From NCBI GenBank assembly GCA_900314355.1, contig OMUY01000094.1:11428-75427 (forward strand): a DNA stretch of 64,000 bases, written 5' to 3'. How positions within the stretch are numbered: position 1 is the first letter of the stretch; the number at the start of each line of letters is the position of its first letter. A program made the position numbers and the translations under genes. Positions 59,599-64,000 of this stretch are shown here, piece by piece. The DNA comes from an uncultured Eubacteriales bacterium. GTDB taxonomy: Bacteria > Bacillota > Clostridia > Oscillospirales > Acutalibacteraceae. The notes beneath the pieces were generated by a model that was given only the letters and a program-made list of their open reading frames with translations, did not search any database and had not been told where the DNA came from.

Positions 59599-59938
59599 AC
59601 TGACCGATTCGGACGGCCGCGGCGCATTTTTAAATGCGGTGAGGAAAGTCCGGGCTTCACAGGGCAGGAATAACGGCTAACGGCCGCCGGAGGCGACTCC
59701 AGGTCAAGCACAACAGAAATATACCGCCGGTTTTTCCGGTAAGGGTGGAAAGGCGCGGTAAGAGCGCACCGGTTTTCACGGCAACGCGAAAACCCTGTAA
59801 GCACTATTCGAAGCAACTCAGGCTCCGCAGGCTTGCCCGGCCTATCAACGGGAATTGAGGCGTGAGGCGTCCGGCAACGGGCGTCCAAGACAGATGGCCG
59901 TCTTAAATGACAAAACCCGGCTTACAGATTCGGTCAGT
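59599..59938 (+). ncRNA. rnpB: RNase P RNA, bacterial class A
   Basis: GAGGAAAGTCCGGGC (P4 5' strand), GGTAAGGGTGGAAAGGCGCGGTAAGAGCGCACC (class A P10-P12 region), GACAAAACCCGGCTTACAG (P4 3' strand). P1 pairing is actgaccgattcgg / cagattcggtcagt. Boundaries are good to about 5 nt. Confidence 0.92.
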
Positions 59939-59947
59939 TTAATAAAT

Positions 59948-59969
59948 TCCCCGCATCGGGGGATTTTTT
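59948..59969 (+). terminator. Terminator after rnpB
   Basis: tcccc (59948-59952) / gggga (59959-59963), then tttttt. Confidence 0.55.
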
Positions 59970-59990
59970 ATGCTTAAATAAAAGAAAACA

Positions 59991-60033
59991 AAAAATCAAG
60001 CCGCGTTTAAATTCGCGCGGCTTAAATTTTTTT
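59991..60033. terminator. Bidirectional terminator (also serves TetR gene)
   Basis: aagccgcg (59998-60005) / cgcggctt (60016-60023), with an A-run upstream and a T7 run downstream. Confidence 0.6.
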
Positions 60034-60041
60034 ATTCCGGT

Positions 60042-60686
60042 TTATGAAAACGAACGGAAAATATCATCCCTGATTCCTATTACCCCGGTGATCAAAAGTT
60101 TGCCGAGAAGGCGGGAATATTCGTCAAGGCTGAGACTTGAGTCAGAACCGAGCCAGTGAATATAGTTTTCGACAGCCGCCGCCGAAAGATAAGAGAGAAC
60201 TATATCCTTTTTCTCATTCATCGGGTCTTTTTCTGACGTGTACGCATCGGCAAGCGCTTCGTAAACCGATTTTTTGATTACGCAGATAAGGTCGGAAAAC
60301 GCTCCCGACTTTACTGCTTTGCGGAAGAAATCAAGATCTTCGCTTATTGTCTCGTTGAAGGACGAAATAAGCTGATACGGATCTCTCATTATCATGACGC
60401 CTGTTTTGATATACTCTGCTACAAGCTCGTTTATAGCCGTCGTTATGGCGTTTCTGACCTCGTCGTATATTTCTTCGACGCTTTTATAATGAAGATAAAA
60501 TGTTGTCCTGTCTATCTCCGCTTTTCTTGAAAGCTCGGTTATAGAGATTTTATCAAGGTTTTTTTCAAGCAGAAGATCCATAAGCGCCGTTATTATCGCA
60601 TGCTTCGTTCTCACCTGTCTTTTGTCAAGATGTCTGCCGTCCGGCGCTATGTCGCTGTAGAGTATTTTGTCAAGTTTGTTTGTCAC
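60042..60686 (-). CDS. TetR/AcrR family transcriptional regulator
   Basis: GTG start with GGAGG 10 nt upstream. HTH region TKHAIITALMDLLLEKNLDKISITELSRKAEIDRTTFYLHYKS. Confidence 0.85.
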   Translation of the reverse strand: MTNKLDKILYSDIAPDGRHLDKRQVRTKHAIITALMDLLLEKNLDKISITELSRKAEIDRTTFYLHYKSVEEIYDEVRNAITTAINELVAEYIKTGVMIMRDPYQLISSFNETISEDLDFFRKAVKSGAFSDLICVIKKSVYEALADAYTSEKDPMNEKKDIVLSYLSAAAVENYIHWLGSDSSLSLDEYSRLLGKLLITGVIGIRDDIFRSFS

Positions 60687-61036
60687 TGTTTTTTTGCCTC
60701 CGTCTTTTATCGATAGATTACTTTAATTATTAAACAATTATTACAGCTTTATATATCGCTTAATTTAATAATATAAATAATATCAATTTTTTACGCATAA
60801 TATATTCAATATACATTAAATTCGTGGATTAGTCAACACTAATCTTCAATTATTTTTTGTATTTTTAAAATTAGCACGATTTTTTGTTTATTAAAATTAT
60901 TAAGACAATATTTTAAGTTTGTTTTGACGTATATCATTTTATAACTTAATATATAAATATTTAATCTCTAAAATTTCGGGGCAAAATATTCCTTGACGGG
61001 AGAATAAAAAAATTTAAAAAAAATCCTAAAAACATA

Positions 61037-61065
61037 TTGACAAACTATGTTTTAAGTGATATGAT
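61037..61065 (+). promoter_or_regulatory. Near-consensus extended -10 promoter for metY-cysK
   Basis: TTGACA (61037-61042), 17 nt ending TGa, TATGAT (61060-61065). Confidence 0.6.
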
Positions 61066-61071
61066 TTAGAC

Positions 61072-61295
61072 ATTCCAAGAGAAAACATACTAAATCAATA
61101 GGAAATGAGGGCATTAAAATGCAAAACTTTTCTTCCTTAGCAAGACTCAATTACAGGTTCGGACGAATGTGTTGACAGCCCACGGTTGTTCTGCCGAAAA
61201 TCAATTTCAAGCGGATGGAATGATTTTTCAGGCGTTACGGGGCGGAGAACAAACAGAATAATTTCCGTAAACCAAGAAATAAAAAGGTGATAATA
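61072..61295 (+). promoter_or_regulatory. Long 5' leader of metY-cysK with uORF and compound stem (candidate cis-regulatory element, class unknown)
   Basis: About 225 nt lie between the predicted TSS and the metY ATG. uORF at 61119-61175 with GAGG SD. Nested helices span about 61188-61250. See findings. Confidence 0.4.
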
Positions 61296-62591
61296 ATGTC
61301 AGATAAAAAATACGGTTTTGAAACCAGAGCAATACATGTAGGACAGGAAAAAGTTGACGAGTTTTCGCAGTCAAGGGGAGTTCCGATATATCAGACAACT
61401 TCTTTCGTTTTCAAAAATTCAGACCAGGCAGAAGCGAGATTCGGACTCAAGGACGCCGGAAACATATACGGCAGACTTACAAACTCCACAAACGATGTTT
61501 TTGAAAAGAGAATAGCTTCGCTTGAAGACGGAGCAGCGGCTATATCTCTCGCATCCGGCGCGGCGGCTGTGACATACGCTTTCAAGTCGGTGGCGCATAA
61601 CGGCGACAACATCGTCAGCGCGAAAAACATTTACGGCGGCACTTTCAATCTTTTGAAACACACGTTTGAAGACGACGGCGTACATACCACGTTCGTTGAT
61701 CCTTTCGATCTCAAGGCTGTGGAAAACGCAATAAAGGACAATACAAAAGCGCTTTACATCGAAAGTCTCGGCAATCCCAACGGAGAGGTCGTAGACATTG
61801 AGGCATGGGCCGAAATAGCTCACAGGCACGGTCTTCCTCTTCTTGTAGACAACACTTTCGGCACTCCCGTACTCGTAAGACCGATTGACTACGGCGCGGA
61901 CATCGTAATTCATTCGGCGACAAAATTCATCGGCGGTCACGGAACGACATTAGGCGGCGTTGTGGTAGACGCCGGAAAATTCGACTGGACTAAGGGCGGC
62001 AAATGGCCTTGGCTCTCGACTCCAAACATCTCTTATCACGGCGTTGTTTTCGCTCAGACTCCTGCTCCGATAGCTACATATATCAGAGCGATTGTCTTGA
62101 GAGACGAAGGAGCGGTTCTTCCTCCTTTCAGCGCGTGGGCTCTTCTTCAGGGAACCGAAACGCTCGCGCTCAGAGTCAAAAAGGAGTCTTCAAACGCATT
62201 AAAAGTAGTCGAGTACCTTGAAAATAATCCACAGGTTGAGTACGTTTCTCATCCGGCGGCTTCAAAGAACGAAACTCAAAAAAAGCTTTATAAAAAATAT
62301 TTCCCTCATGGCGGCGGCTCAATATTCACCTTTGATATAAAAGGCTCCGAGAAAAAAGCGAGGGACTTTATCGACAATCTTGAGATATTCTCGCTCCTTG
62401 CGAACGTTGCGGACGTAAAATCCCTCGTAATACATCCGGCATCAACTACTCACTCGGAGTGCACGGAAGAGGAACTTGAAGACCAGGGAATAAAGAGAAA
62501 TACCGTCAGACTTTCAATAGGCGCAGAAGACGCAGAAGATATTATTGCGGATCTTGATCAGGCTTTCGAAAAAGTCAAAGATGAAAAATAA
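61296..62591 (+). CDS. metY: O-acetylhomoserine sulfhydrylase (aminocarboxypropyltransferase)
   Basis: FETRAIHVGQ, NPNGEVVDIE, HSATKFIGGHGT (PLP Lys), VIHPASTTHS. ATG 61296 is preferred (AAAGGTGA 6 nt upstream) over the track GTG at 61287. Confidence 0.9.
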   Translation: MSDKKYGFETRAIHVGQEKVDEFSQSRGVPIYQTTSFVFKNSDQAEARFGLKDAGNIYGRLTNSTNDVFEKRIASLEDGAAAISLASGAAAVTYAFKSVAHNGDNIVSAKNIYGGTFNLLKHTFEDDGVHTTFVDPFDLKAVENAIKDNTKALYIESLGNPNGEVVDIEAWAEIAHRHGLPLLVDNTFGTPVLVRPIDYGADIVIHSATKFIGGHGTTLGGVVVDAGKFDWTKGGKWPWLSTPNISYHGVVFAQTPAPIATYIRAIVLRDEGAVLPPFSAWALLQGTETLALRVKKESSNALKVVEYLENNPQVEYVSHPAASKNETQKKLYKKYFPHGGGSIFTFDIKGSEKKARDFIDNLEIFSLLANVADVKSLVIHPASTTHSECTEEELEDQGIKRNTVRLSIGAEDAEDIIADLDQAFEKVKDEK

Positions 62592-62630
62592 TTAATAAAA
62601 TTAAGATAAAGAGAAAAGGAGATAATTATC

Positions 62631-63563
62631 ATGTCAAAAATATATACATCTGCAGACCAGCTCATAGGCAACACGCCTTTGATAGAACTCACACACATCG
62701 AGAAAAAACTCGGTCTTAAAGCGAAAATTGTAGGAAAGGTTGAATATTTCAACCCGGGCGGATCCGTAAAGGACAGAATAGCCCTCAGGATGATCGAAGA
62801 CGCAGAAAAAGACGGCAGACTTAAAGAAGGCAGCGTCATTATCGAACCCACATCGGGCAACACCGGAATAGGTCTCGCGTCAGTCGCGGCCGCAAAGGGC
62901 TACAAGATTATCATCGTAATGCCCGAGACAATGTCGGTAGAAAGACGCAAAATAATCAAGGCTTACGGCGCTCAGCTCGTTTTGACCGACGGTTCAAAGG
63001 GAATGAAAGGCGCTATAGCGAAAGCCGATGAACTTGCAGCCGAAACTCCCAACAGCTTCATCCCCGGACAGTTCGTAAACCCGTCTAACCCAGCTGCGCA
63101 CTATGACACGACAGGTCCCGAAATATGGAGAGATACGGACGGCAAGGTTGACTACTTCATCGCCGGCGTAGGCACAGGCGGAACAGTATCCGGCACAGGC
63201 AAATACTTAAAGGAGCAGAACCCCGACGTCAAAGTTGTCGCCGTTGAACCCGACGGATCGCCGGTACTTTCAGAAGGAAAAGCCGGACCTCACAAAATTC
63301 AGGGCATCGGCGCCGGATTCGTTCCCAAAACTCTTGATACAAAGGTTTACGACGAAGTTATCAGAATTACGGACGCCGACGCTTTCGAGGCAGGAAAACT
63401 CGTAGGAGAAAACGAAGGCTTCCTTGTAGGCATTTCCTCCGGCGCGGCGGTCAAAGCGGCAATAGAAGTTGCTCAAAGACCCGAAAACGAAGGAAAAACA
63501 ATCGTAGCGCTTCTTCCCGATTCGGGAGACAGATATTATTCAACCGCTCTGTTCTCCGAATAA
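62631..63563 (+). CDS. cysK: Cysteine synthase A (O-acetylserine sulfhydrylase)
   Basis: IGNTPLIEL, NPGGSVKDRIA, EPTSGNTGIGLA, GVGTGGTVSG. AAGGAG SD. Confidence 0.93.
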   Translation: MSKIYTSADQLIGNTPLIELTHIEKKLGLKAKIVGKVEYFNPGGSVKDRIALRMIEDAEKDGRLKEGSVIIEPTSGNTGIGLASVAAAKGYKIIIVMPETMSVERRKIIKAYGAQLVLTDGSKGMKGAIAKADELAAETPNSFIPGQFVNPSNPAAHYDTTGPEIWRDTDGKVDYFIAGVGTGGTVSGTGKYLKEQNPDVKVVAVEPDGSPVLSEGKAGPHKIQGIGAGFVPKTLDTKVYDEVIRITDADAFEAGKLVGENEGFLVGISSGAAVKAAIEVAQRPENEGKTIVALLPDSGDRYYSTALFSE

Positions 63564-63584
63564 TAATATTTTCCAAATAAAAAA

Positions 63585-63613
63585 GCGCGTTCCTCAAAAA
63601 GGGCGCGTTTTTT
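63585..63613 (+). terminator. Terminator after cysK
   Basis: cgcgttc / gggcgcg stem (two G-U pairs), then tttttt (63608-63613). Confidence 0.5.
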
Positions 63614-63887
63614 CGTTGAAAATTTTTAGTTAGCAATGACTAATATTTTTTTTAAAAACAGTGTTTTTTCAATCTTCAGTTAAACATATTTCTTATTATT
63701 ATGATAGGTATTGAGAATAAGTCAAAATACCTTTGATTTTGAGGAAAAACCATGACTCGAAAAAATATTTTTCTTAATGTTTATCAATTAAATAACATAT
63801 TTTTCCGAATTGATTTTTATTTATATTTAATTTAAACTTTTTAATTATAATTTTGTCGAGGATTGAAAAAAAAGGGAGGATAATAAA

Positions 63888-64000
63888 ATGAACGTATATG
63901 CCGATAACGCGGCTACGACCGCTATGAGCGAGACGGCTCTTAACACAATGATACCTCTTCTCAAAACAGGATACGGCAACGCTTCGTCACTTTACGGAGT
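63888..64000 (+). CDS. Cysteine desulfurase (NifS/IscS-like class V aminotransferase), 5' fragment running off the window
   Basis: Own translation: [45 protein letters not shown] 8 nt upstream. Not in the track because it has no stop in the window. Confidence 0.8.
   Translation, partial: MNVYADNAATTAMSETALNTMIPLLKTGYGNASSLYG

Noticed and set aside
59493-59888. 131-aa minus-strand ORF
   Set aside because: It lies entirely antisense within the RNase P RNA gene. Its Arg/Pro-rich translation is typical of a GC-rich structured-RNA shadow.
61072-61295. SAM-I (S-box), SAM-VI or Met T-box element in the metY leader
   Set aside because: Only a partial CAAGAGA resemblance. There is no GGAGGGA, GCAACC or GTGC-AA for the S-box, and no GGTGGTACCGCG T-box or specifier-loop architecture. 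It is kept as an unknown-class leader in the findings.

Overview
This 64 kb window looks like an ordinary chromosomal segment of a low-GC Firmicute. A dockerin-bearing protein and the gene content suggest Clostridia, possibly Oscillospiraceae or Ruminococcus-like; that placement is inference only. I support about 55 protein-coding genes, including one partial gene at each edge that the ORF track misses, and one RNA gene (RNase P RNA, class A, about 59599-59938). Well-supported blocks are: glycogen synthesis glgB-glgC-glgD; rpsT; RNase Y; obg-mrnC-nfo; ireB-comEC-holA; gdhA; a Na+-translocating oxaloacetate decarboxylase operon with a separate biotin carrier; and metY-cysK followed by a NifS/IscS-like gene. 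The rest includes several radical-SAM proteins, a U32 peptidase, PduL, alkaline phosphatase, MntP and a PepV-like dipeptidase. I found no rRNA, tRNA, CRISPR array, IS element, prophage or recognisable defence island, and I cannot point to a convincing new multi-gene system. The observations most worth a second look are listed here. (1) A roughly 230-nt structured leader precedes metY-cysK; it has no S-box or T-box signature and carries an SD-preceded 18-codon uORF ending Met-Cys-stop. (2) A sigma-70/ECF-like factor is fused in one polypeptide to a TM helix and a Thr-rich tail. (3) A radical-SAM gene and an ECF-S-like membrane protein gene form a pair behind a near-consensus promoter. (4) Two domains look catalytically degenerate by eye: the metallophosphoesterase at the left edge and the ComEC beta-lactamase-like domain. 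(5) Two PpiC-type foldase paralogues sit in tandem and carry long acidic/Ser-rich tracts. (6) There are several small unannotated ORFs and ORF-poor gaps. All functional calls rest on motif recognition by eye; no database search was run.
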